A stretch of DNA of 63,355 bases, the filler included, from Octopus bimaculoides (Eukaryota): NCBI RefSeq assembly GCF_001194135.2. It is 3 parts of 3 records of this genome, joined end to end, with 100 filler letters (N's around TTAATTAATTAA, not from the genome) between each part and the next. Parts side by side here need not be neighbours in the genome. Positions count along the whole stretch, not along the records: positions 1 to 18,026 come from NC_068990.1; 2 more parts are not named here. The stretch is one strand, 5' to 3'. Numbering within the stretch: the first letter of the stretch is position 1; each line of letters starts with the position of its first letter. Below are positions 1-13,155 of this stretch, piece by piece. Under the pieces are notes generated by a model. That model was not told where the DNA came from. It did not search any database and saw only the letters and a list, made by a program, of their open reading frames with translations. A program made the translations under genes and the position numbers.

Positions 1-35
<35 letters not shown>

Positions 36-308
36 TTGCAAGCTTTCTATTATCGGACCAAAACAATCCTTCGAATTTAAAAACTTTATTCTTACCAGTG
101 AAAGTCGAAGATTTGCTTTGCTCTAATAGTAGTAATACCAGTCATATTTATAGAACATGTGAACTGGATTCCAATAAGCAGTCTTCGACTTTTTGTATCG
201 AAAGTATTTTATGCCCTATTATTTAAAAGATATTATTTATCGCCTTATTTGCTTCGGGTTTCACCGCTCCAAAACAATTATTTCACGTTTTCTCCACGTT
301 CCTACATT

Positions 309-523
309 GGAGAGCTAGCAGAATCGGCCGAAATGCTTAGCCGATATGCTTAGCGGTATTTCGTCTGCCTCTACGTTCTGAGTTCAAATTCCGCCGAGGT
401 CGTCTTTGCCTTTCATTTTTTCGGGATCGATAAATTAAGTACCAGTTGCATACTGGAGTCGATGTAATCGACTTGCCCCTTTACACAAAATTTCAAATCT
501 TGTGTCTATAGTAGAAAAGATAA
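309..523 (+). mobile_element. SINE family A (tRNA-like head; central GCCTTTCATCCTTTCGGGGTCGATAAA box)
   Basis: Box-B-like GAGTTCAAATTC plus the shared central domain; about 20 copies in the window. Confidence 0.85.
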
Positions 524-655
524 TGATACCAACAATATATAGATAGAAAGAGAGAGAGAGGAGAGTGAAATAGATAGATAAATAGATAGATAGATGGTTA
601 TATATTTCATAGGTATTCATGTATGTATGTATGTATGTATGTATGTATGTATACA

Positions 656-691
<36 letters not shown>

Positions 692-1049
692 ATAAGCATA
701 CAGAATAAGTCAAAATGTAAAAATTTGGAACTGCAAAGTGTTACAATGTATGCTTTAATCTTCGCAGGCGGTCATTTGGTGAATAAATTTCGGCTTTACT
801 TGTAATATACTTTGATTTTACTTTATGTCCATTACTAGATTATATAACCATCTGTATTTCGAATAGCTACCTCTTGTGGCTTGCTGACAAAGCCAACATG
901 TTAAATAAATAGATGGATGTTTATGAATTGCAAATACTTGGATTGAAGGAAGAGTATATTCGTGTCTTTTCGCTACGCATAGTTCGATTTATTTATGTTA
1001 TTCCAATTTACATTCTAATTCTATCTATAGAAGTCTTCGGTAAATATTC

Positions 1050-1469
1050 TTTTCTACTCTAGGCACAAGGCCCGAAATTTTTGAAAAGAGGCCAGTTGAT
1101 TAGATCGACCCCAGTACACAACTGGTACTTAATTTATCGATCTCCAAGAGATGGAAGGCAAAGTCCACCTCGGCAGAATTTGAATTCAGAACATAAAGAC
1201 AGACGAAAACAGTCTAGCATTTCGCTAGGCGTGCTAAGGTTTTTCTTTATTGCCCACAAGCGAGTAAACATAGAGGGGACAAACAAGGACAGACAAAGGG
1301 ATTAAGTCGATTATATCGACCCTAGGGCGTAACTGGTACTTAACTTATCGACCCTGTAAGAATGAAAGGCAAAGTCGACCTCGGCGGAATTCGAACTCAG
1401 AACGCAACGGCAAACGAAATACCGCTAAGGATTTCTCCCGGTGTGCTAACGTTTCTGCCAGCTCGTCGC
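1050..1469 (-). mobile_element. Two adjacent SINE A copies with different 3' tails (1050-1240 and 1241-1469)
   Basis: Reverse complement of the family A consensus. Confidence 0.85.
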
Positions 1470-1639
1470 GTTGGTCTTCGGTAAACATTGCAAGAAAATA
1501 CGGCTGTGCATAGAAAATATTTTATTGCTTCATATATCTATCTCAACATCTATCTATCTATCTATCGATCGATCGATCGATCTGTCTAGTTATCTATGTA
1601 TCTGCACACAAACACACAAACACGCATACATATATTTAT

Positions 1640-2022
1640 CTACTGTATTGACCACACTTTTGCACGTGTTAGACACCGCTGGTTGCAATACGCTTCCAGA
1701 TCTTCCTTAATTACGTAATTTTTTTTTTTTTTTGCTGGTGTCTCACTTTGTCCAAAATTGTTTTTCCTGAATACTTCTCTTTCCATTGTCGTGGACGTCT
1801 TTCGAGTTGTATTTTCCGTTTTCCTGTATACCACTTAGCAAATGCACGAGTTGAATTTTGCGACATATTCGGCCCAAGGGGACTTGTGATTTCTTATTTT
1901 GTGATCACGTAATTCACTCCGCCCCGTTATCCAATTGTTTCAAACATTCTCTCGCAATTTTATTCCTAACACGGATCTTTCAACGGCCCTTTGCGTCGTA
2001 GAGAATCGATTAAAAGATGTGT
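1640..2022 (-). mobile_element. RTE-clade LINE relic, 3' part of RT
   Basis: Minus strand gives RFSTTQRAVERSVLGIKLRE..RNHKSPWAEYVAKF..KWYTGKRK..KNNFGQ, matching the RTE pattern TQRAMERSMLGI..KWRWAGHVAR..WYP; stops and frameshifts present. Confidence 0.7.
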
Positions 2023-2140
2023 TTAGAGCAAAACTAGACAAAACCCTGCGTCTTGCCAGTCTCTTCAAAGTCACCGCGCTACATGTTGTCTTATATGCAA
2101 GTGAGGCATAGTCTACTACGATACATTTGTATCGTGTACT
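2023..2140 (+). mobile_element. Inverted upstream piece of the same RTE relic
   Basis: Plus strand gives LKDVFRAKLDKTLRLASLFKVTALHVVLYASEA*STT, the RTE LF.STVLP.MLYASETW motif that normally directly precedes the segment found on the minus strand. Confidence 0.65.
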
Positions 2141-2883
2141 GCAAAATCTGGAACGATTATTCTCATATTTATTCTCAACACGTCTAGGCAGGTTCAGACG
2201 TAAAATATGCCGGTCACTGTAGTGCAGTAGAATAACTTCGACCTTATAATGTCGCTTCTATGTGTCTGTGGTTGCGTGTATTCAAGCCTGTGTATGTGTT
2301 CGTGCGCCTTTGTGTGTATGTATGTATGTGTGTGAATGTGTGTGTGTCTTTGTGTGTGTGTTTGTGTGTGTTTGTGTTTGTGTGTGTGGTTGTGGAGAGA
2401 GAAAGATATATAAGGTACATTTAGCGTGCAGAAAGAAAACAAAATGTTCTGGGATCTATATGACCGACTGAAAGTTATGATGGCGATGACCCAGTATACA
2501 CTGAATTCAGTGACTGAAACCAGTGAACATATCATGGAAAGATATACCGTATGTATGTATGTATGTATGTATGTATGTATGTATGTATGTATGTATGTAC
2601 TTAGGCTTCGTGTAGTACTGATCCAGATCTTGTCTAATTTTTTGCCAGTACAGACAGGAACTGTGCTTTTTGCAAATTGGTATTTTATTATTGCTATTTT
2701 TTATTTGTATTTCTAAAATATTGACAGCGCATCCCTGCTAAACATCATAGCTGACACCTGTACTCGGTAGTGTGTAGATACGGAGCTGTAATTACAGTAA
2801 AAGCTTGATTGTTGAATAAATGAATTACTGTCGTTGGTGCTTAATCAAGATTCAACGCTAATCATGAACTCTACACCTCAACA

Positions 2884-3113
2884 ATGAACGATGACTACAG
2901 TTACGGCGTCCTCACATTCCAACGCGCTTGCTCTCCTTGCGGGGCAGTTGTCAAATATGCAAGCTGGATTTTGGGGCTGCAGGCAAAACATTTCTTTGAC
3001 TGTTGGAGCGTTAGAGTTGACCATCGGATCTGGTCAGCTTTCGTGAGAGGAATGGCGAACTCGTTGGCTGTAGCTGGCTCAACCCAGCCGGATGCATGCC
3101 GCCGCAAGTACAG
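2884..3113 (+). CDS. Candidate exon of an unidentified gene
   Basis: GC-rich island in an AT-rich background, open frame MNDDYSYG...DACRRKY, canonical CAG|GTAAGT donor at 3113/3114. No recognised homology; 5' boundary uncertain. Confidence 0.3.
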
Positions 3114-3823
3114 GTAAGTAATCACGTACGCACATGACTAATGGTATTTCCAACCGTGACACTCGAACCGTATTTTTAAAGTCATTTGCCTTTAAAAAAA
3201 TACAAGATGGTAGGTTGTGCTATGTGATGAAAATTTGACTGCTAATCTAGCTATTAGAGGGTCTCTCATGCTTTATATCGATAATAATATTCAGAGAAAA
3301 TGAGAAAAAAAAAAAAGAGGATTGAAAAGTAAAATGTAAGAGATTTGAATGCTTATAACTTTGTATGCTTTTACATACCTACACATACACATCACACATT
3401 CATTCACACACATATATATGTGTATAACTATATGCACATATGCTCCGATGAAATTATAAGGTGGTGCACAAGCACTCAAATATGACTGTACTTTATTTTA
3501 TAGCAGAAGCAGATATACTTTCTTATTACCGCTCTGTACTCGACAGCCACTTCGTTCTGAATCATTTGTGCGTTGAGGTCTACACCAGGTTATTAGTCTC
3601 CCTTGTAAGTAATTTATTTAATATTAGATATAATAATATATATTATTTATGTGTTTTTAAGTAACGAAACAATTTGTCGTGATATTAGAATTTTCTTATT
3701 GTTATTTAAATTTTCTTATTGTTATTAAAATTTCATCAAACTATCTTTGTCATTTATGACTTTATATATGTGTGTGTGTGCATGTATTATGTATATAATG
3801 TATACATACACACACACGCGCAT

Positions 3824-3890
<67 letters not shown>

Positions 3891-4299
3891 ATGCGGTTGT
3901 GCGCACTATCACACATGCACACAAACATAGACGCGCGCGCAAACATTTTAATCTCAATTTAAATTGTTTTCCTACTAGGAGTTTCCTGTTTCAGATTTCG
4001 AGGTGCTTGAAGCGTTGAGCTCTTAAAAGAATTCTGCTCCGAATAATTCTGATCAAATATATTAAGCATTTTTCCGTATAAAAAGAGACTCTAAGGTATT
4101 ACCACGTTATCCTATTATACTCATATGGTATAACCTAAAGTTTAACAAAGAAAGAGATAGTAAAACAACCTTTCCTAGAGTTTTTCTCTCTTCTGTATCA
4201 AATTGGTGATATAAACAAATATAAACTCTAAGAAAATACGATCAATTAACGAGCTAATTAGGAAGACTAGGTGGTTAATCGAAATTCTGGAAATATTGA

Positions 4300-4520
4300 T
4301 TTCAAATTTTGGCACAAGGCCAGCAATTTCAGGGAGTGGGTAAGTCGATTACATCGACCCTAGTATTTAACTTATTCAACTGGTACTTATTTTATCGACC
4401 CCGAAAGGAAGAACTGTACAATCGACCTCGGCGGAATTTGAACTCACAACGTAAAGACCGAAAAATTGCTTCTATGCGTTTTGTCCAGTCTGCTCACGAT
4501 TCTACCAGCTCACCGCCTTA
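4300..4520 (-). mobile_element. SINE A
   Basis: Reverse complement of the family A consensus. Confidence 0.8.
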
Positions 4521-4566
4521 AAATGTTAGAAATGTTAACCAAATATCTTGTTTAACTATGTCCCTA

Positions 4567-4793
4567 TTAACCGCTTAGTATACAGATTACCGTGTCAAAT
4601 ATAATGCTTATTTATCGACATTGTCTTGAAATAATCATGAATTATCTCAAAGCTGAGAAATTTCAAAGTTGTCATTGGTTATTTCTAGAATGATATTGTA
4701 GGCTGAGTGTGAGAGGTCAGATCTGGCCGGTTGATCATAAAATAGATAGAATATCTGGGCTTGATGTGGCTGGTGTAAGTACTAAAGGGTTTA
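4567..4793. mobile_element. piggyBac-type MITE
   Basis: TTAA-ccgcttagta ... tactaaaggg-TTTA. Confidence 0.55.
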
Positions 4794-5230
4794 CTGAGTA
4801 AGAAAAGCTCATACCGGATGATGTAATCCCAGGTTCCTCACTGAGAAGAAAAGGTGGGATGGTCTCGAATGGAATGCTTTTGATCGCCATTCTGGTTCAT
4901 TAGGGTTGAGCTGCGACTAAACAACATCTATGTTAAAACAAAGAAACAAAGAAAAGATAGCTGCAAATTTGTTTTAATTCGAACGCTATTGACTTAAACA
5001 AAAGGGAAATAACACGCTCCATCATATAGTCCTATAGACATGTAAAAACGCAGGATGGTCATGGGTAGAATGTTTCTCATCTATGATCTGCTCGCTCTGG
5101 ATTTCCTTGGAATTAGTGGCTGTGTGGTTAAGTGTACTTTGCAACTATATGGCTTCTAGTTCAGTCCGTTTACGCTGTACATTGGGTGCTTTCTGCTATA
5201 GCCGGGTTACATGTGTGTATGCATGTGAAG

Positions 5231-5548
5231 GCTCGTGGCTTGTGGTTAGGGCATTCGGCTGACGATCGTAAGGTCGTGAGTTCAATTACCGGCGACGCGT
5301 TGTGTCCTTGAGCTAGACACTTTATTTCACATTACTCCAGTACGCTCAGCTGGCAAAAATGAGTAGTACTTGTATTTCAAAGGGCCATCCTTGTCACACT
5401 CTGTGTCACGCCGAATCTCGCTGAGAAATACGTTAAGGGTACACGTGTCTGCGGAGTGCTCATCGACTTGCACATTAATTTCACGAGCAGGCTGTTCCGT
5501 TGATTGTATCAGCTAGGACACTCGTCGTCGTAACCGACGGAGTGCTCC
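5231..5548 (+). mobile_element. SINE family C (tRNA-like head, V-domain-like TTGTGTCCTTGAGCTAGACAC), tail type 1
   Basis: Box A/B-like GGCTTGTGGTTAGG..GAGTTCAATT; the tail is shared with 45561-45738. Confidence 0.85.
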
Positions 5549-5868
5549 TAATTATGCATGTATGTATGTATGTATGTATGTATGTATGTATGTATGTACG
5601 TACGTATGCATGTATGTATATATATATATATATATATATATTTATAGACATACACACACACACACAAACACACATATAAATGAATATATAAGTGTGTGCT
5701 TATGTGTATGTATGTGTTTATGACATCCGCTCGACAACCGGTGTTAGTTTGATTTAGTCCTATAAGTCAAATGACGTCATGGTCACGTCATGAATGGCTT
5801 CTGACGGAAGAAGAGCTGTAGTCACAGCAAATATCAGCATTAGTATGGACAGATAGATTGATGAATAC

Positions 5869-5914
<46 letters not shown>

Positions 5915-5946
5915 TTGTGTGTGTGTGTGTGTGTATGTGTATATGT

Positions 5947-5977
<31 letters not shown>

Positions 5978-6197
5978 CATATACATACACACACGTATAT
6001 ATATATATATATAGATATATATATATATATAAACATTTACCATATATATATANNNNNNNNNNTATATGGTAAATGTTTTTATTTTTCACTCCTTTTCGAA
6101 ATTATCCCTAATTTTGTGATGTAGAGCTTTGGCTGCTCTTTTTAGCGGGTCAGATGTCCTTTTATGGGCATCTCTAATGTATATTAAATGTACACTG

Positions 6198-6240
<43 letters not shown>

Positions 6241-6907
6241 AATATACATATACATATATGCATATAATATATATATATACATATACATGCATACATGCAT
6301 CCACACACACAGACACACATATCCTTAAAGAACGGACGAATGTTGATTGTTCCATCGATACAAACTACCTTCAGTAAATTGTCTTTATTAAAAGCAAAAC
6401 AAGAAACTAAACATCGCATAACGTATCCTTAGATATAAGAATACATTGCATATAACCGTAACCTAGAGGTTCGGTTAAAGAGACCAATAGAGTACTACCA
6501 GGCTAAAAAAAAAAAACAGAAGTGCTGGGGTCGATTCATGTGACTAGAAATTTTTTTCAAAGCGGTGCCCCAGTATGGCCGCACTCACATGATTAAAAGA
6601 AATAAAAGATACAATCCAGAAAGGTCACGGCTGGAAAGTCTTTATTATCACCTACTCGTCCAGAGATCTTCTGCTTAAGAACAACGACAACAAGAACAAC
6701 AACAGCAGCAGCATATAATGGTAAAGAGTTGCACATTTAGCAAACAAGAAGCAGTGATCGGCAGCGGATCGGACACACGCACACAAACTGCAGATTCTTT
6801 CTCTGATGCATACGGTGTGGAATTGTTTTCTGAGGATTTACTTAGTCGACATGCCGAGAAGATAAGGACACACACGCACGCACGCACGCATGAAAGAAAC
6901 GCACACG

Positions 6908-6963
<56 letters not shown>

Positions 6964-7332
6964 CGCGCATACACGCATACACACACACACGCATGCACAT
7001 ACGCACACGCAAACCCTACACATACTCACGTAGACACACGAACACAACAAACACGTACAAATATATATATATATANNNNNNNNNNNNNNNNNNNNNNNNN
7101 NNNNNNNNNNNNNNNNNNNNNNNNNNNNNNNNNNNNNNNNNNNNNNNNNNNNNNNNNNNNNNNNNNNNNNNNNNNNNNNNNNNNNNNNNNNNNNNNNNNN
7201 NNNNNNNNNNNNNNNNNNNNNNNNNNNNNNNNNNNNNNNNNNNNNNNNNNNNNNNNNNNNNNNNNNNNNNNNNNNNNNNNNNNNNNNNNNNNNNNNNNNN
7301 NNNNNNNNNNNNNNNNNNNNNNNNNNNNNNNN

Positions 7333-7400
<68 letters not shown>

Positions 7401-7493
7401 TAATAATAATAATAATAATAATATGACAACAAAAGAATGAATGAGACCTCGATATTATGTAAAATAGAGGAATTTATCTATATATATAATATG

Positions 7494-7608
7494 TGACAAT
7501 TAGTTTGTTGTCATAATAAAACTTAGTGTTTCGGATGCCGGAGCAGACTTCAGCCCCGGCATCCGAAACTTTACTTTGAGTTTTATTATGACAACCAACT
7601 AATTGTCA
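7494..7608. repeat. Short hairpin element (about 50-bp arms, 14-nt loop)
   Basis: tgacaattagtttgttgtcataataaaact..gtttcggatgccgg pairs with ccggcatccgaaac..agttttattatgacaaccaactaattgtca. Confidence 0.8.
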
Positions 7609-8504
7609 TATACATATACATATATATATGCAGGGTCAAATGATTGTCGAGAAAAATATAATTCTCGAAAATTAATATATTAATTTTGTTATTATCTGGA
7701 ATGATTATTTAAAAAAATGATAATAACAGAAATAATAATATAGGTGATCGCAGGCCCAGGGAAAGCATTAAATAGCTGAAGGATTAATTTTAATATGTAT
7801 ATACATATACATAAATACCTATATATATATATATATATATACATACACATACATACATACATACATACACAAACGCGCGCTCACACACACACACACACAC
7901 ACACTCATATATATGCACACACATATATTAATATATCTGTATCTACAAAGAGCGAGAGAAAGAGAAACAAACAACCAGACAGACAGACAGACAGACAGAC
8001 AGATAGATAGATAGATGGATAGATAGATAGATAGATAGATAGATGGAGAGATAGATAGATAGGTAGGTAGGTAGAGAGATAGATAGATAGATAGATAGAT
8101 AGATAGTGTGAATGCTGCGAATGAAAGTTTCGTATAAAGTTGGTTATTGCTATCAAAAAGGTTCCATTCTAAAGGAGGTTTATTTAAATAGGACTATCGT
8201 TATGTACATAGAAGTATATGAACATGCAAGCACTCATATATATAAACACGTAAATAATACATTCGCAAACACACGTGCATGTATATACTTCTCTTTTTAG
8301 AACTGCAGATCTCTCTAAGCAGCTAAAGGTATAAAAAAGAACATGTAAATATTGGATTCAAAGATCTCTTTGGATAAAACCCTCGAAGGCTGTCCGTAGA
8401 ACCTTCATCTCGACATAAAACCTGGGCCTTTTCTATCGAAAATGGGTTTATTTTTATATATGCAATATTTACATGCTTTTATTTATAGCCTAATGTAAAG
8501 CAAC

Positions 8505-8760
8505 AAGCTGGTAGAATCGTTAGTACCCCACGGGCGAAATGCTTAGCGGTATTTCGTCTGTCTTTATGTTCTGAATTCAAATTCCTCGAATTAAGTACCA
8601 GTTGCGTACTTGAGTCGATCTAATTGACTGGCTCCTCCCAAAATCTTTCGGGCTTTGTGCCTAAAGTAGAAAAGAATCGTTAGCACGCTGGGCAAAATGC
8701 TTAGCGGTATTTCGTCCATCTTTATGTTCTTTATGTTCGAATTCCGCCGAGGTCGACATT
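8505..8760 (+). mobile_element. Two tandem SINE A copies, partly deleted
   Basis: The head gctggtagaatcgttag repeats at about 8507 and 8673. Confidence 0.75.
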
Positions 8761-9171
8761 GTAATACCTTTACTTAACCTGTAACAAACGAACCCCAAAA
8801 CCATTCGTTCTTCAAATTATTTAGAAGTAGAGATAAGTAAAACTAAGTTTAAAAGTAAACTTAGGTTGTTCTGAAAATTTCTGTTGGTAAATTTAATGTG
8901 AAACCTCTGATATACACAAATATACAAAAAGCATAATGTTTGCCCACATGATGATAAATTCTAATGACGTAATCAATACGTGTGCGTGAGGGATAACACT
9001 CGGTTATGTAAACCAGTTCTAATTACCGTATAAAAATAACACATCTACTTAAACATCAAAATTTTTTCTTAATTTTGAGAACGGCAAGAACATGACAACT
9101 GCTTTATCTCTAAAATGAGAAGACAAGCATTTAAGCATTTGTTTACATCAACTTAGTTATGATCACTGAAG

Positions 9172-9428
9172 GAGCATTGCTCAGGGGTCAGAGTGACGGG
9201 CTCACAATGATGAAGTAGTAAATTCGATTCCCGGACCGGGCTACATCAGCCAAGCTGTGTCAACCTTTTCCTTTCCCTTGGATAACATCGGTGACGTGGA
9301 GTGGAGAGCCTGGTATGCATGGGCGACTGCTGGTCCTCCATGAACAACCCTGCCCAGACTTGTGCCTCGGAGGGGAACTTTCTAAGGGCAATCCTATTGT
9401 CATTCATGACTGAAGGGAGTATTTACCT
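9172..9428 (+). mobile_element. SINE C, tail type 2, internally deleted
   Basis: Similar to 12827-13155. Confidence 0.7.
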
Positions 9429-9644
9429 CTATAATCTAATGATTACTGATTTATTGGTAATTGAATATCGAGATATTACAATATTTTTTCCTCGTGTCTT
9501 TTTTTGAGTCATAATATTTTTTTGGCTGCATGTAAAATGAAAACATAACTGAGCTGTTCCTTTATATTTGAATTTTCACGAAAATTATTTAATGGTTCAA
9601 TGATTGTGTGTACAGATATATCGGGTTTAATATGTTATTACATT

Positions 9645-9835
9645 TTCCGGGCAAAATGTCTAGGGTCATTTCGTCCGTCTTTGCGTTCTGAGTTCAAATT
9701 CCACCAAGCTTGACTTTGCCCTTCATCTTCTCGGGGTCGATAAAATAAATTCCAATTGAGTAGTGGGGTCGATTTAATTGACTTATCCTGTCCTCCGAAA
9801 TTGCTAACCATGTGTCAAAATTTGAAACCAAGAGG
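9645..9835 (+). mobile_element. SINE A, 5'-truncated
   Basis: Family A central domain and tail. Confidence 0.75.
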
Positions 9836-10364
9836 TCATTACATATGAAACCCTGTATATTTGTACCTGTAACTGTTGACCCATTAAATATGTTTCGCAA
9901 AAATTTATATAAAACAGCTTGGATGTATTTTCATTTTAATTGTAACCCCACCCTCCCCAAACTAATAAAACATTCCAATTCCTGAAACGAACAAAGGGCG
10001 AATGAGTATACCGGTTCTATTGATTAGTGGAGGGTTCATTCAGAGTAGGGTTTACGATGTCTAGAAGACGATATTTCAATAGTTACAGAAATTTCTCATT
10101 CTGCTGAAGAATAAGTTTCAGCGTTCTTATCAAAGCTATTTATAATTTACAGGCACGACATTGTCATACTGCGTCACGCTGACTACGGTGGAGAATTACG
10201 CTAATTGTACACGTATTTGTGGAGTGCTCAATCACTTACACAGTAATGTAGTTTAATTGATTGAACAACTAAATATTTATCATCGAAACAGGCGAAGGCC
10301 CATAGTTACTAAACACTAAGTGTGATTTTTCCCCTTCTTTCTTATTAAAACTTTTATCATTAAT

Positions 10365-10668
10365 TCTTTTATTCTTTTACTTGTTTCATAACATTGGAGT
10401 GCGACCATGCTGAAGCATTTCCTGGAAGGGTTTAACTGGACATTGGACAAACTGACCCGAGTACTTATTTTTTTATAGCCTGGTATTTGTTCTATCAGCC
10501 TCTTTTGCTGAACAGCCAAGCTACGGGGACGTAAACAAACCGACACCGGTTGCCAAGTGGTGGCGGTGGAGGTGGCGGCGGTGGTGGCGGTGGCGGCGGC
10601 GATGGTGGTAGAGGTGGAGAACATATACACAAGCAAAGACTCCCTCGTGTGTGTGTGTGTGTATGTGC

Positions 10669-10702
<34 letters not shown>

Positions 10703-10840
10703 ATACCTAACAATGTGCTTCTTTCAGTTTCCGTCTACCAAAGCCACTCAGGGCGTTTGTCAACCGGGGCCATACTAAACGAAACCTACCTAAGATATCC
10801 GTGCAGTGGATCTGAACCCTAGACCACGTGGTATGCAGAA
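10365..10840 (-). mobile_element. SINE family B (tRNA-like head, CCTTGGGCAAGTGTCTTCT CORE-like box, internal CA/TA microsatellite)
   Basis: Shared blocks ttctttcagtttccgtctacc, ggggacgtaaacaaacc and cttgtttcagtcatt recur across the window. Confidence 0.75.
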
Positions 10841-11407
10841 ATCATAGTGAATATCTGTTGCAGTATTTCGAACGCGAACTTTTGATATATTGATTTATTT
10901 TTTTCTTTCTAAAAAATTTTGTGCCAAAATTCAACAAGGTCTTTTGCAGTTAAAACGTAGAACTTTTTGATAGGCATTTCATCTTAAACATTTTCTATCT
11001 GAAGTAAGCCTTCTATATTTTTCACAGAAACTTAACTGCTTTTTTCAACAAAAAAAATTTTTTTTAATCTTTAGAAATAATCTTTTATCACTTGTATGTA
11101 TATCTTGAAGCCAATTTATAAAAGCGTAAATCTTCAATAAATGCTTCAGTAGTCCTTCATATCAGTAACTATAAACAGATATTTTGAGCTTTTAACATAG
11201 TTAAAAAGAGTGAAAGGAAGTATGAATATGTTTTTCTTAACAATTTACAGACTTCTTACAAACCCCCTCTTGTAAATTTCACCCCAGAAAATGCAGTCGA
11301 CTGTTGACTGGCTTGTTAGACATATGTCACTAATGAAGTCGTCGTACACAAAATGCATTATACAAAATAATTTTAAAATTTCGTTGCGACAACGTTCTTT
11401 AATTTCA

Positions 11408-11805
11408 ATATTAATAACATCCAACAAGGTGGTGAGCAAGCAGAATCGTCACAACTCCGAGCGAAATGCCTGGCGGCATTTCGTTCATCTTTCCATTCTG
11501 AATTCTGATTCCAACGAGGCCGAGCATGCTTTCATCCTTTCGGGGGTCAGTAAAATAATTACCATTTGGGAATTACGGTTGTTGTAATCGATGACTTAAC
11601 CTCTCCACCGAACTTGCCGGCCTTGTGCCAAAATTTGAAATCAGTATTAATGGCATCAAATAAATTGACGAACTGGTAGAAGCGTTAGCTTGAAAGGCAA
11701 AATTCTTAGCGTAATTTCGTCCGTCTTTACGTTCTGAGTTCAAATTCAGCCGAGGCCGTCTTTGCCCTTCATCCTTTCGAGGTCGTTAAAATAAGTACCG
11801 GTTGG
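11408..11805 (+). mobile_element. Two SINE A copies (11408-11645 and 11670-11805)
   Basis: Family A similarity. Confidence 0.8.
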
Positions 11806-12537
11806 AAAACCACAGAACGGATTTTCACCAAATTTGGCAGAAATACTCATTGGATATATGTCTCGAACACATTATATTTTGGTTTCATTATCTTTAAAAC
11901 TGGTGGACGGGTGAATCAAAATGTGGTTTTTGTTACATATGCATAAGCAATAAGCAGGAGAAATAACTCGATGTCGTTTTGTTGAAATATGAATTCGTCT
12001 AAGAATAAATTTATTGCAATAGATTTTATTTTATCCTTGTATGAGCGCAGGGTATGCATCGCCCCTCCAATGCCTTTTATTTTTCATTTCATATAAAATT
12101 ATTTAGAATAGATTACAATGAACAGCGTCTTTATATATACTCTAAATATTTCGAAACAAAAATTGTAGTGTATGATCAATGTCTCATTGTATAAGTTGGA
12201 ATAACGATGCGGACATGTTTAATATTTTTAATGTAAAGCTTGCAAAAGATTATAAGAGCAGAAAGTAAGTTATTTCTATTGGATGCATGTAACTCCTTCA
12301 CTAATTCTATTTTCTGCTGAGGAAACGAGACAACTAGGAACTTTCAGTACACCGATTCTGCATAAGATGTATAAGAAGTGTCTGCGTCGTCAGTCTTCAT
12401 GGAAAAATATATCCTCAGTGAGAAGCAAATGTCTAGATTTATTGAACGTCAACATCTATTCCATTTTTTCGTTAAATTCTCTATACCCTATAATTAAACT
12501 CCTACTAACCGAAAGTTCATCTCACTGAAAAATTTTG

Positions 12538-12784
12538 TTAACCCTTTCACTAAGAAATTAATTGTCATGATTATTCCAGTAACGATGTTAAATATCCACC
12601 AAAGAATAGAATTAGTGTTTTCTGGAAGTCACGTTGCTACAATAAATTTCGCGTATCCCAACAGAAAATACTTTTAAACACGGCATTCTTCAACAAAAGA
12701 TAGATTGGTATTCAAAACTCCTTCTAGCCGTAAAGGGTAAATGAAATTTTAAGTGGATATATCTTTCAGCAGTAAAATGGTTAA
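12538..12784. mobile_element. piggyBac-type MITE (degenerate)
   Basis: TTAA-CCCTTTCAC ... GTAAAATGG-TTAA. Confidence 0.45.
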
Positions 12785-12826
12785 GGGGATTCAAATAGTT
12801 AAATTATCCAATAATCCACATTAGAA

Positions 12827-13155
12827 GGCGCAGGTCTCAGTGGTTACAGTGTGGGGCTCACAATCATAAGGTAGTGAGTTCGAATCCCGGTTCGGGCTGT
12901 GTTCTTAAGCAAGAAACTTTATTTCACGTTGCTTCAATTCACTCAGCTGTAGAAATGAGTTGTGACATCACTGATGCCGAGCTGTATCGGCCTTTGCCCT
13001 TCTCTTGGATAACATTGGTGGCTCGAAAAGGGAAGGCGGTTAGGCATAGGTAACTGCTGGTCTTCCATAAACAACCTTGCCCTGACTTGTTCCTCGAGGG
13101 AGAACTTTATAAGTGTTATCCCATGGCCCTTCATGACCGAAGGGGTCTTTATCCC
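12827..13155 (+). mobile_element. SINE C, tail type 2
   Basis: Same head and V-like box as the copy at 5231 but a different 3' half, which is shared with 9172-9428. Confidence 0.8.

Noticed and set aside
91-221. Minus-strand exon-like frame GIKYFRYKKSKTAYWNPVHMFYN..DFH with a GTAAGA donor
   Set aside because: Plausible but unrecognised, with a weak acceptor; it cannot be supported without transcripts.
2425-2548. Exon-like frame [22 protein letters not shown]
   Set aside because: The apparent donor is just the start of a (TATG)n tract; no homology recognised.
5231-5305. tRNA genes at SINE heads
   Set aside because: They have A/B-box-like motifs only, lack a full cloverleaf, and continue into SINE bodies.
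5772-5779. CRE palindrome TGACGTCA
   Set aside because: About one such 8-mer is expected by chance in 63 kb, and there is no promoter context.
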